Positions 27,018 to 35,884 of a stretch of 38,563 nucleotides of DNA are shown in pieces. The translations under genes were made by a program, and so were the position numbers. The notes beneath the pieces are model-generated. The model worked only from the letters and a program-made list of their open reading frames with translations. It did not search any database and had not been told where the DNA came from. The first letter of the stretch is position 1, and every line of letters starts with the position of its first letter. The stretch spans positions 1-38,563 of the forward strand of contig MHCP01000011.1 in NCBI GenBank assembly GCA_001816655.1, in the 5' to 3' direction. This stretch comes from Candidatus Woykebacteria bacterium RBG_13_40_15. GTDB lineage: Bacteria > Patescibacteriota > Microgenomatia > Woykebacterales > RBG-16-39-9b.

Positions 27018-29251
27018 TATAATCCTACTAATTTACCGAGTATTTCCTTCTCTGATAATACCCCAACCACTACCCTTTTGATAATCCCCTTTCTATCGAC
27101 AAAGTAGTGCGTTGGCAGATTTTGTAAATTAAAGGCTTCAACTGTTTCCCCATCTTTATCTACAAGTACATTTATCTCATACCCAGATATTTTTGAATAA
27201 ACTCTTATCTTAGCCGCGCTTTCAAACACAGAAATTGGAACCACGTTTATATCTTTATTCTTCTGAAGGGCGGTCAAAGCAGAAAATTGCTCTTTAGCTG
27301 GAGGCGCCCAGGTTGTAACAAAAGTAACGATGGTTGGCCTGCCTCGCAAATTTAATGAACTGGTTTCTCCTCCACCTACAGACGGCAATAAAAACGAGGG
27401 CACTTCTTTTTCGATCAGGCTTTTATTTTCTAAACTCGTCTTTAGCTTTAGATCTGTTTCGATATTAATTTTTTGAACCGATAGACTCGGTAAGGAAACA
27501 GCGATTGGCCCTAATTTTAATTTAAAAGTTTCCGCCAAGTGTAAATCGGTAATAAGTGGGATAGATTGTTTCGTTTCAAAAATATCACTAACCAAGGTTT
27601 GGTAGTCCGCGGCTTGCACTTTTAAGTAGTACTTTCCAACCGGAACAAACAGTTTGAAATTGCCTTCTTTATCGGTTACTTGAGGATTCTCCTGACCGTA
27701 AGGAGCACCGTCCCAAACCACCCAGTTATTCGAATCTGGCTCAAGGTAGTAAAGGGCCACTCTCGCCTTCTCGATTGGCCGATTATTTTTTCCTCCTAGC
27801 ACTCTGGGGCTCTCACTGACAAAAACTGTGTTCAGACTTCGTTGAAGCTTGTTACCGGCACCATCAACGGAATTTGCGGTTAAGTTGTAAGTTCCCGGTT
27901 TTTTGAAGCTTAAAATTCCCGACCAAAGACCGCTGTCAGCAGATTTTGTCAGAGAAAACAGACTACCGGCGCTTTTATCATTATTAATATCCTTAGCAGA
28001 AAGGTTAATACTAGTTGGCCCGCCAACTGCTGATAGAGTAATTTTTTGATCAACTCCGGTCAAGGAAACAAGAACGCACTGCTCACTTGGCTCGAGTACT
28101 TGCGGGCCAATAGAAACTACGTTGCCCCCAACTATCGGAGGCAGCTGATCAATAATTAGAGTAACTTTATTCGAATCCGCCGTGTTACCGGAGGTATCAG
28201 TGGCACGCGCAAGAGTAATATAATTTCCATCCTCTAAATTTTGGGGGGTAAATTCAAAGGAAACTTTCTTCCCACCAAGACCATCAACTTTGTCAGCCGG
28301 CAGCCAATTTCTTCCGTCGTCGGTCGAATATTCAATGCTAAAAATACCAGCATTATCCTCGGCCTCACCTTCTATTTTGGGGGCTTCCTTGAATGGGCCA
28401 TTTGGGACGGTAGAAATTCTAATTGTGGGTGGGGTTTTCTCGGTTTGTTTCAGAGATTTCTTTGTCAGAAAACCTACCGATGGGGCTACTGGACTTCCCA
28501 AAGTCGGGGTAAGAAAAGTGTTGTCTTCAGAGTAGCCGCTGTTACCTGCTACGTCTGTGCTTTCGATAGTAAAATGGTAGGCTGTGTCTACGCTTAAGTT
28601 TGTTAAAACAATGCTGTGGTTTAACGTAGGCGTAGGATTGCTCTTTTCATTTCCATAGTTGTCATCAAGGCCATAGTAAACCGTAGAAGTTGCCGGCTCG
28701 TCAGTCGTCCAGGAAATGGTAATCGAGTTAGAAGTCAAGTTTGATAAACTAATGTTATAAATCGTTGGCGGCGTTGTATCTGGTGCCTCGCCACTAATTT
28801 CTGTACCTAAATCCCCACTGCAACTAAGGGGGTTCGCCCCGTTTGGATCATCAGAAGCTTCTACAGTCCAATTAGCTGCTGGAGCTTGAGAACTACCCGA
28901 TGTGGCTTGGACGATAAAGGAGAGGCTCTCTGATGGGTTTAGGGCCCCTTCCCGTAGTGTTACTGTAATATCAGTGAAGTTAACACTCCACCCATTAACC
29001 TGATAACCTCCAATTCTAAAGTTTAGGGAAGGCCGGGTCACTTTTATCCACCGGATTGTATTTAAATCTGTATTATTTATCTGAAACTGAAAATCGGTTG
29101 TACTTGTTGGGGCTACGCTGTGAGGTAAGACACTAGCTGTACAAGAATAGATATTGGCGTAAGCTTTCGGCCAACTAACCCAATTAAACTGTAACAAAAT
29201 CAATAGGGTTACAAGTAACAGCGTTAGTGTTTGTTTACGTAACTTGGGCAT
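27017..29251 (-). CDS. Secreted multidomain protein: FN3/Ig-like domains, carboxypeptidase-regulatory-like domain, C-terminal TlpA-like thioredoxin fold without Cys
   Basis: Signal peptide; ITISWTTDEPATSTVYYG; ARATDTSGN; NPQVTDKEGNF; LRGRPTIVTFVTTWAPPAKEQ..LPTHYFVDRKGII. Confidence 0.8.
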   Translation of the reverse strand: MPKLRKQTLTLLLVTLLILLQFNWVSWPKAYANIYSCTASVLPHSVAPTSTTDFQFQINNTDLNTIRWIKVTRPSLNFRIGGYQVNGWSVNFTDITVTLREGALNPSESLSFIVQATSGSSQAPAANWTVEASDDPNGANPLSCSGDLGTEISGEAPDTTPPTIYNISLSNLTSNSITISWTTDEPATSTVYYGLDDNYGNEKSNPTPTLNHSIVLTNLSVDTAYHFTIESTDVAGNSGYSEDNTFLTPTLGSPVAPSVGFLTKKSLKQTEKTPPTIRISTVPNGPFKEAPKIEGEAEDNAGIFSIEYSTDDGRNWLPADKVDGLGGKKVSFEFTPQNLEDGNYITLARATDTSGNTADSNKVTLIIDQLPPIVGGNVVSIGPQVLEPSEQCVLVSLTGVDQKITLSAVGGPTSINLSAKDINNDKSAGSLFSLTKSADSGLWSGILSFKKPGTYNLTANSVDGAGNKLQRSLNTVFVSESPRVLGGKNNRPIEKARVALYYLEPDSNNWVVWDGAPYGQENPQVTDKEGNFKLFVPVGKYYLKVQAADYQTLVSDIFETKQSIPLITDLHLAETFKLKLGPIAVSLPSLSVQKINIETDLKLKTSLENKSLIEKEVPSFLLPSVGGGETSSLNLRGRPTIVTFVTTWAPPAKEQFSALTALQKNKDINVVPISVFESAAKIRVYSKISGYEINVLVDKDGETVEAFNLQNLPTHYFVDRKGIIKRVVVGVLSEKEILGKLVGL

Positions 29252-29340
29252 TACTTATATTTTATTACAGCTTTGTTTAAAAAACCACTCACAGAGTAGG
29301 CTAGCTTTTATCTATTTATTTTTGGAAAATACAGGTAAGC

Positions 29341-30549
29341 CTAGAAGAGAGATAGTGGATTTATAGCATTTCCACCGCGGCGGACTTCGAAATGAAGGTG
29401 GGGACCGGTACAGCGGCCAGAGCAACCTACCGCACCGATTAATTGCCCCCTGCTTACAGACTGGCCAACTGAAACCTTAATAGCTGATAGATGAGCATAG
29501 GCCACAGTATAACCCTCGCCATGATCAATTAGAATATAGTTACCAAATCCATATCCTTGATAACTAAGCGACGCAACTTTCCCTTCCCTAGCAGCATAAA
29601 CCCCAGTCCCGTATGGAGCGGCAATGTCTACTGCCGGATGCCACCACGATGGGTATTGGCTTATACCTCCACCCGGCACTGGCCAAGAGAAAAAACCACC
29701 CCCAGATGCGTAATAAATCGGGTTGTTTGTAGCTGGGGCATAAGGATAGGTTACTGGTGCGGGCTTTACCCCACCTGGAACTATCAAAGTCTGCCCAGCC
29801 TTTATCGAAAGTGTGTCGTCTATGTAATTAAAGGGGTAGTCAACAATCGTTTGCTGGTCAGCACTATATTCTTTGGCAATAGAGGCTAAAGTATCTCCAC
29901 TTTTTACTTTGTAGACGACCCCAGTAACTGGTGGGACGGAAATTGTATCGCCTGGTTTTATACTATTTTCATCAGAAATATCATTTGCCCATTTGATGGA
30001 AGCTACCGAAACATCGAATTTTTTCGCGATTCCTGATAGGGTTTCACCACTTACAACTTTATAACTTAATACTTCGGAGCGGGGCCTCCCGCTTGGTATT
30101 ATTGTCTCAGGCGTGTTTGTTGCCGCTAAAACCAGATCTCGAGTAAAGTCTTTTGGTGCTACTTTACTACTAAAAAGACTACTAACAATTAAGGCTATAG
30201 AGGCAATACCAATCACACCACCATGGACAGTGGGTCTAAAAAGTAAACCCCTTCTCCACATCAAAACACTTACCAAAGTATCTTTCCCGCCTTCAAGCAG
30301 ATAAACAGAGTCTACTAATTTTTTCCGTATATAACCTAAGTAGCAGAACAGGAAAACTATTGCTTGACAAGAAACGACTAACGTGGAAAATAAGAGATTT
30401 CTGATACTTAAGCTAAAGTTAACTAGACGGCTGAAAAAATTGACGCTAACAGCCGGCTTTGCAATATCGCCATTAATAAAATCATATTCGTAGGTGGTAT
30501 AAGTAGAGTAATATGTAGAGTCGCCTTCCGTTTGACTTGTATTTGTCAT
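29341..30549 (-). CDS. LysM-domain M23 family peptidase
   Basis: Two LysM repeats (YKVVSGETLSGIAKKF, YKVKSGDTLASIA), HPAVD, YAHLS, TGPHLHFEV. Confidence 0.93.
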   Translation of the reverse strand: MTNTSQTEGDSTYYSTYTTYEYDFINGDIAKPAVSVNFFSRLVNFSLSIRNLLFSTLVVSCQAIVFLFCYLGYIRKKLVDSVYLLEGGKDTLVSVLMWRRGLLFRPTVHGGVIGIASIALIVSSLFSSKVAPKDFTRDLVLAATNTPETIIPSGRPRSEVLSYKVVSGETLSGIAKKFDVSVASIKWANDISDENSIKPGDTISVPPVTGVVYKVKSGDTLASIAKEYSADQQTIVDYPFNYIDDTLSIKAGQTLIVPGGVKPAPVTYPYAPATNNPIYYASGGGFFSWPVPGGGISQYPSWWHPAVDIAAPYGTGVYAAREGKVASLSYQGYGFGNYILIDHGEGYTVAYAHLSAIKVSVGQSVSRGQLIGAVGCSGRCTGPHLHFEVRRGGNAINPLSLF

Positions 30550-30664
30550 TTATCCCCAAGCAACCAAGAGTAGTTAGCTGCCCAATTCTCTTTGTTGTGG
30601 GTACCCTCCTAAAGCCTGTCTAAAAACGCAAAAAGCTTAAAGGTGTCTTTAAGCTTCGCAGAAA

Positions 30665-30693
30665 AGTATAGCACAGAGGCGCTCGCTTGTCAA
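30665..30693 (-). promoter_or_regulatory. Sigma70 promoter of the M23 gene
   Basis: Minus strand TTGACA-N17-TATACT. Confidence 0.75.
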
Positions 30694-30776
30694 AGGTTAG
30701 GTAGTATTAATTGATTGTTATATCAAACAAAATAAGGGAGTTAAATATTTAAAATTTGTTGCTAGATGTGTGCCTG

Positions 30777-30840
30777 TTCTAGGTTTTAGGTTTCAAATTT
30801 TACGCCCTAGACCTTAGAACTTAGAACTTAGAACATAAAC
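30777..30840. repeat. Empty heptamer-periodic inverted repeat after rho
   Basis: TTCTAGG TTTTAGG ... CCTAGAC CTTAGAA CTTAGAA CTTAGAA CATAAAC. Confidence 0.72.
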
Positions 30841-30842
30841 CC

Positions 30843-32078
30843 CTATCCCATTTCTTTGTGCAAACTGTCAAGAAATTCTTCGTTAGAAGCTGTTTTTGCA
30901 AGCCTATCCAAGAAAAGTTCAGTTCTTTCCACCTCATTTAAGGTATCAAGCATCCGCCGCAGCCTCCAAATCTTTTGTAGGTGTGTAGAGTCAATCAAAA
31001 GCTCTTCATTTCGTGTGCCAGAACGTGAGACATCGATTGAAGGAAAGATTCTTCGCTCTGCTAATCCTCTATCGAGGTGAAGCTCCATATTTCCAGTTCC
31101 TTTGAACTCCTCGTAAATCAAATCGTCCATCCGGCTTCCAGTATCAATCAAGGCTGTAGCGAGGATAGTTAGAGAACCACCCTGCTCGAAGTTTCTAGCG
31201 GCGCCAAAAAAGCGCTTTGGGGGATAAAGAGCTGCAGGATCAAAGCCACCACTTAGAGTTCGTCCAGATGGCGGCAGAGCTAAATTGTAAGCACGACCAA
31301 GTCTAGTAATAGAATCAAGCAAAATTACTACATCTTGGCCTGCCTCAACTAACCTTTTCGCCCTCTCTAGGGAAAGTTCGGCAATTCTTGTTTGATGCTC
31401 GGCTGGATCATCGAAATTTGAGGAATGAACCTCACCTTTGATACTTCGAGTTAAATCTGTAACTTCCTCGGGGCGTTCACCAATTAAGACAGCCATAAGA
31501 ACCGCTTTTGGAAAATTAGTAGAAACACCATTTGCCATTTCCTTCAAAATCGTTGTTTTTCCAGCTTTTGGGGGTGAAACAATCATCCCACGCTGGCCAA
31601 AACCGACAGGGACGAGTAAATCAATAACACGTGTAGAAACAGGGGTTTTGCCAGTTTCTAGCTTTAGCAAGCGATTCGGATAAACTGGAGTAAGTTGTTC
31701 GAACCTAGGTCTTTTCGCTGTTTTTTCGACATCAAGGCTATTTACTTTAAGAACCCTTAGCATACCAAAATAGCGTTCTGTTTCTTTTGGAGGGCGCACT
31801 TCGCCTTCTACCTCATCGCCAGGCCTAATATCAAAACGGCGGATTTGAGATTGGGAAATGTAAATATCATCGGTACTTGGATTTAAACCATTAGCTCGCA
31901 AAAAACCATACCCTTCCGGCATTACTTCAAGAACGCCTTTTCGAGTCTCGCTTGATCCAGAAATAGACTCATGAGGTATTTCTATTTCTTTCTCTTCTTC
32001 AAGAACAACTTCAGGGGTTTCTTTTTTTGAATCTTCAGTTTTTTCTTCTTCTTTTGGAGTAGTTTTTGTTCTTGGCAT
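30843..32078 (-). CDS. rho: Transcription termination factor Rho
   Basis: [60 protein letters not shown]. Probable start ATG 32078; the track start at 32105 falls inside a palindrome. Confidence 0.97.
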   Translation of the reverse strand: MPRTKTTPKEEEKTEDSKKETPEVVLEEEKEIEIPHESISGSSETRKGVLEVMPEGYGFLRANGLNPSTDDIYISQSQIRRFDIRPGDEVEGEVRPPKETERYFGMLRVLKVNSLDVEKTAKRPRFEQLTPVYPNRLLKLETGKTPVSTRVIDLLVPVGFGQRGMIVSPPKAGKTTILKEMANGVSTNFPKAVLMAVLIGERPEEVTDLTRSIKGEVHSSNFDDPAEHQTRIAELSLERAKRLVEAGQDVVILLDSITRLGRAYNLALPPSGRTLSGGFDPAALYPPKRFFGAARNFEQGGSLTILATALIDTGSRMDDLIYEEFKGTGNMELHLDRGLAERRIFPSIDVSRSGTRNEELLIDSTHLQKIWRLRRMLDTLNEVERTELFLDRLAKTASNEEFLDSLHKEMG

Positions 32079-32093
32079 ACAAGTAGAATTTAG

Positions 32094-32112
32094 CCTGCCT
32101 GCCAACAGGCAG
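32094..32112. repeat. Copy of the CCTGCC palindrome upstream of rho
   Basis: CCTGCCTGCCAACAGGCAG, similar to 14655-14675. Confidence 0.65.
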
Positions 32113-32258
32113 AACTTAATAATTAAGAATTAAGAACGAAAAATTAATTTCTTTATAATCAACGGTCAAAATTTCCATCGCTATTGGGAAAACAAAACTT
32201 GCGAGGTTAAAAATCACCCACATTTAATCACACAAAATAGCATTTGTCAACACTATTG

Positions 32259-32327
32259 ATCTAGGTTATATGTTGTAGGTTCTAGGAAAAACCAATTTCA
32301 TACATCCTAGACCCTAGAACCTAAATC
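32259..32327. repeat. Empty heptamer-periodic inverted repeat after the LPxTG gene
   Basis: ATCTAGG TTATATG TTGTAGG TTCTAGG-N12-CATACAT CCTAGAC CCTAGAA CCTAAAT. Confidence 0.8.
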
Positions 32328-32331
32328 AAAA

Positions 32332-33477
32332 TTAGATCTTTCTCTTCAAAAAGAGAACAGCGTATCCTGCTGGAACACTACCTAAAAGCAATAGTAAACC
32401 TGCTCCAGGACCGGTGTTTGGAAGCTCCGGTGTAGGAGTTGGTAATACTTCAGGTTTAACTACCTTTACTTTGAAGGTAATAAATCTTTCAAATTCGAAG
32501 CAGCCTTTAATATTGCCCAGTGAAACACCGCTGCTTGTAAACAGCTTACTTTGGCCATTTACATCAGCTACAAGTACCCCACCACTAGTATCAGCGTGAA
32601 CAAAGGTTTTAGTTGTACCAGGAATGTATTCTAGACGACCAACAAAAGGTGTATTAACTATAGCTGTATCGCTAAGGGTGCTGAAATTGTCCCCTAAAAC
32701 AAAGGCACGGTTAGTAAAGCTTTGTGCTTCGGCGGTTGGAAGAGCGTCTTTAACAATTACGTTTTCTGCGACACTTCCAACAGGCTTGTTGTGAACCATA
32801 ATTCGATATTCCAAGATATCACCAGCGTTTGCATTCACACTCTCAGAAAAACCAGTGTTTTGAGTAATATTGTTTACCTCTTTCTTGGTTTCCATACTAA
32901 CAGCTGGTCTTGGAGTAGGAACGCTAGCGTCAACAATATCAGCATAGAAAACGTACCAGTGTTTGTGAATGCTTTCTCCACCATCAATTTTATTAATTTT
33001 CATACCTTGAGGGGTAATAAGTGGAGACAAACCATTTACATCTGGAATAGCTACACCAACACTATCTTGATAACCGTAAACTCTAGTACTACCAGCTCTG
33101 TAAATAAGCTTTTTGCCAGCTGGAAGGCTTATGTTTGAATCAGAATACATTGAAACTGTTTGATCAGTATCAAGTATAGCTCTGTTCTTAACGTTGCCAG
33201 TTTGATCAAATGGGAATTCGTCTCTTAAAAGACCATTGATATAAGTTGTCTCTGTTGGATTATATACGTAAATTCTGAAAATAACTGGTTTGGAACTATC
33301 TGAAATTATCAGATCTTGAGTATAAGAACCAATACCTTCTTGCTTAGCTTGCTTTATAAAATCTATTTGGCTATCGGCCCCTGCTTTACCTAAAAAGGGC
33401 ACGCTTACAGACCCAAGCATAAAAGCTAGGGTAAAAGCGACTATTGAACTAACCTTCAGAATCTTTTGATTTAACAT
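32332..33477 (-). CDS. Sortase-type LPxTG surface protein with two DUF11/pilin-like repeats
   Basis: Signal peptide; ANAGDILEYRIMVHN..AENVIVKDALP; two repeated YRAGST/YIPGTT units; ELPNTG, hydrophobic stretch, KRKI. Start 33477 is favoured by promoter position. Confidence 0.8.
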   Translation of the reverse strand: MLNQKILKVSSIVAFTLAFMLGSVSVPFLGKAGADSQIDFIKQAKQEGIGSYTQDLIISDSSKPVIFRIYVYNPTETTYINGLLRDEFPFDQTGNVKNRAILDTDQTVSMYSDSNISLPAGKKLIYRAGSTRVYGYQDSVGVAIPDVNGLSPLITPQGMKINKIDGGESIHKHWYVFYADIVDASVPTPRPAVSMETKKEVNNITQNTGFSESVNANAGDILEYRIMVHNKPVGSVAENVIVKDALPTAEAQSFTNRAFVLGDNFSTLSDTAIVNTPFVGRLEYIPGTTKTFVHADTSGGVLVADVNGQSKLFTSSGVSLGNIKGCFEFERFITFKVKVVKPEVLPTPTPELPNTGPGAGLLLLLGSVPAGYAVLFLKRKI

Positions 33478-33485
33478 ATGGCGGT

Positions 33486-33514
33486 ATTTTAGCATACTCT
33501 ATAGGTCTTGTCAA
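33486..33514 (-). promoter_or_regulatory. Sigma70 promoter; near-leaderless transcript
   Basis: Minus strand TTGACA-N17-TAAAAT, 8 nt before ATG 33477. Confidence 0.7.
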
Positions 33515-33597
33515 GTCCTTAGTAATAAAACAATAAAGATATGCTTAAAACCCTTCTAAAACTAACCGATATTAACCGATTTTCTTTAGAAGGATTA

Positions 33598-33635
33598 GGA
33601 GCGAGGAACACTGGTTGTGTGTTGTTCCTCGCTCC
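33598..33635 (-). terminator. Strong hairpin after the GC-rich gene
   Basis: GGAGCGAGGAACA / TGTTCCTCGCTCC, 13-bp perfect stem; weak U-tract. Confidence 0.5.
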
Positions 33636-33656
33636 CTCCCATACATTCTGTCTGTC

Positions 33657-35357
33657 TTACACTGGCCCCCCGTAACCGTCATCCGGATCAGATGTTGGTT
33701 GAGGTGCCGGTATTGGTGTCTCCGTGGGCAGTGGGTTCGTCCCTGGGTCGTCTCCATCTGGAGGTATTGACCCTTCAGAGAACGTCGCCGTGTCCTGACA
33801 GATCACCTGATCGCCGCTCCACACCTTGACAGTTAGGGTGTGGTTGACGTTCAAGGTCGCCATGAACTCGACTTGATCCCCACCTCCAATGAACTCGCCA
33901 TCCAGGTACCATTTAACCTGGCGGCTCCATGAGGGCGGGGGGCCGTCCCATTGCACCGAAGCCTGCATTCGAGCATGTGTGTCCGTATTATCAACCCGGT
34001 GAGGGCCGATGATCGTGACATTACAGCTCAAGCATGGCGTCGGTGTTGCCGTTGGTGGCGGTGGTGTATTGGTCGGCGTCGGACCAGGTGTGCAGGGAGT
34101 CGGCGTCGGCAGCGGCGTTTCCGTTTCATCCTTCACACTCCGGTTCTTCCATTTACCGGCATCAACGAACGTGTCGCCACGTTCCACTGTGAAGGACTTA
34201 CAGCCACCACTTGGATATACAACCTCCCAACCCCCCTTACGCTCCTCGCAGATCTCGACCGATCTTTCCTGATCGTTGTTGCCCCCGAAGAGATTCAACA
34301 CGAACTGGAAATCTCCGTCGTCGTCTGTCCGCGCCGTACCCCATCCTTCAATCTCGAAGGTAAAGCGCTCAGAGGGCACCACTTCATGGGTGCCAATGAG
34401 TTCCACCTTCTTTCCGCGAATTCGTACTCGCGGGACTTCAGGGGTTGGCGTCACGGTAGGCTTAGGCGTCGGCGTGAGCGTCGGACCCGGTGTCGGCGTC
34501 GGTACTGGTACCGAAGGGATCGCAAGGTTGACACAGTTGTCGACCAAGATGAACGTTCCCTTCGTCGTTTCCACCGATTTTGCCGGCGTGTCCAAGTATG
34601 TACGGTCACGAGCCTCAATGCTGCTGCAATCATCTGACCGCAGAAGTATGTTGGTCTTGACGGTCCCGTTGAGGGTGATGTCGTCGATGTCCGTTATGTC
34701 ATCGACGGTCACGTCAATACCTTGACATTGAAGACCTGCAACCACACGCTCTTTCAGATCGTCCAGCGCGGTCAGGTTCTCCCCCGACTGCTCGTTACGA
34801 AATCCTGCTTGGACGACGTTCTGTCCCTTGGCCGGTGGTCCAGGAAGATTTCCTGGAATTGGCGCGAGATCGACACGTCGCGATGCATCAGTCAGGAATA
34901 TGCGAGTGTTCTGGTCGTGATAGCCGTCGACGTGCGACGTCAACACCACCTGCTCGTATTTGTTGCCGTCGACCCTCCAATAACCGTTTTCGTCGGCTTT
35001 GACGACCTCGACCTGGCTTTCGCCAATCGAGGCTGCATCAGCTACCAGATAGGGCGTCCTCCCAGGGATCTGTGCCATCACCGAAAGAGACGGTGGTTGG
35101 TAGTACCGAAGCACCACCACCTCCGCTCCCGGAATAGGCTTGCCGGACTCACGGTCCGTGACGGTACCTTCATAGAAGAAGGTGCCGTCTTGGCCTGGCT
35201 CTGTCTGGAGAACTGTCTCCGTGAACCCCGGAGTCATCATCTGCGTTAGCTGATCTCCCTTTGACAGGAAAGCCGCCAACACAGTGACAATGACGAGCCC
35301 AAGGATTCCGAAGCCAGCCATTCTGAGGCTGACTTTTCCTTCTCTAGTGATATTCAT
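33657..35357 (-). CDS. GC-rich membrane-anchored/secreted protein with carboxypeptidase-regulatory-like domain and Pro-Thr linkers
   Basis: N-terminal TM; GTVTDRESGKPIPGAEV..ADENGYW; PTPTP tracts; GAGGAGG before ATG 35357 (track start 35378). Confidence 0.75.
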   Translation of the reverse strand: MNITREGKVSLRMAGFGILGLVIVTVLAAFLSKGDQLTQMMTPGFTETVLQTEPGQDGTFFYEGTVTDRESGKPIPGAEVVVLRYYQPPSLSVMAQIPGRTPYLVADAASIGESQVEVVKADENGYWRVDGNKYEQVVLTSHVDGYHDQNTRIFLTDASRRVDLAPIPGNLPGPPAKGQNVVQAGFRNEQSGENLTALDDLKERVVAGLQCQGIDVTVDDITDIDDITLNGTVKTNILLRSDDCSSIEARDRTYLDTPAKSVETTKGTFILVDNCVNLAIPSVPVPTPTPGPTLTPTPKPTVTPTPEVPRVRIRGKKVELIGTHEVVPSERFTFEIEGWGTARTDDDGDFQFVLNLFGGNNDQERSVEICEERKGGWEVVYPSGGCKSFTVERGDTFVDAGKWKNRSVKDETETPLPTPTPCTPGPTPTNTPPPPTATPTPCLSCNVTIIGPHRVDNTDTHARMQASVQWDGPPPSWSRQVKWYLDGEFIGGGDQVEFMATLNVNHTLTVKVWSGDQVICQDTATFSEGSIPPDGDDPGTNPLPTETPIPAPQPTSDPDDGYGGPV

Positions 35358-35377
35358 TGGGATCCTCCTCTGCATCA

Positions 35378-35503
35378 CTAACCCAGCTCCCGTTCTCTCC
35401 TTGAAGGCTTGTTCGGCCTAAAGGAGATCGCGAAGTTGAGTAATCCATAACCGATGACCAGGAGCATTACGATCCTGGTTGTTTCCAGGATTGCGTCGAT
35501 CAA
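35378..35503 (-). CDS. Small 41-aa membrane peptide absent from the ORF track
   Basis: TTG start after AAGGAGGGAG; MIDAILETTRIVMLLVIGYGLLNFAISFRPNKPSRRERELG*. Confidence 0.55.
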   Translation of the reverse strand: MIDAILETTRIVMLLVIGYGLLNFAISFRPNKPSRRERELG

Positions 35504-35589
35504 GGTCTCCCTCCTTCTGTATTTACCCCGATAAATCGGGGAGAATGTATGGTGCAAAAAATTAATCTGCTCTAAGCAGATCGAATGCC

Positions 35590-35618
35590 ATTTTACTCCT
35601 TATTTTTTGAAATGTCAA
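35590..35618 (-). promoter_or_regulatory. Sigma70 promoter for the GC-rich genes
   Basis: Minus strand TTGACA-N17-TAAAAT. Confidence 0.7.
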
Positions 35619-35703
35619 CTACTATGAGACAATCAAGCCCGAGTAAACTCCCGAAAAAACGGTGTTTGATAAAAAAATTAGCCGAAAAATAGGCAAAAAA
35701 ATA

Positions 35704-35777
35704 GCCGTGAAATATACTCCTCAGCGCCCAGTATGAGTGTTACCCCAAACCAGACGCCGGGGACTAAATTTCACGGC
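35704..35777 (-). other. Long GU-rich hairpin followed by a T-run
   Basis: GCCGTGAAAT/ATTTCACGGC outer stem; inner CGGCGUCUGG/CUGGGCGCUG pairs fully only on the minus strand; then TATTTTTTT. Confidence 0.5.
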
Positions 35778-35884
35778 ATTCTCTGAAGTCTTATTGATAT
35801 ACTTTGTTATAGTGCAAAGGTCCTAAAATCTACCAAACTAAATTCAGACTTGATTTTTTTCCCAAATAACCTTTTAATAGAAAC

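Noticed and set aside
34040-34510. GGCGT(C/T)-type hexamer repeats
   Set aside because: They simply encode Pro-Thr linkers of the minus-strand protein.
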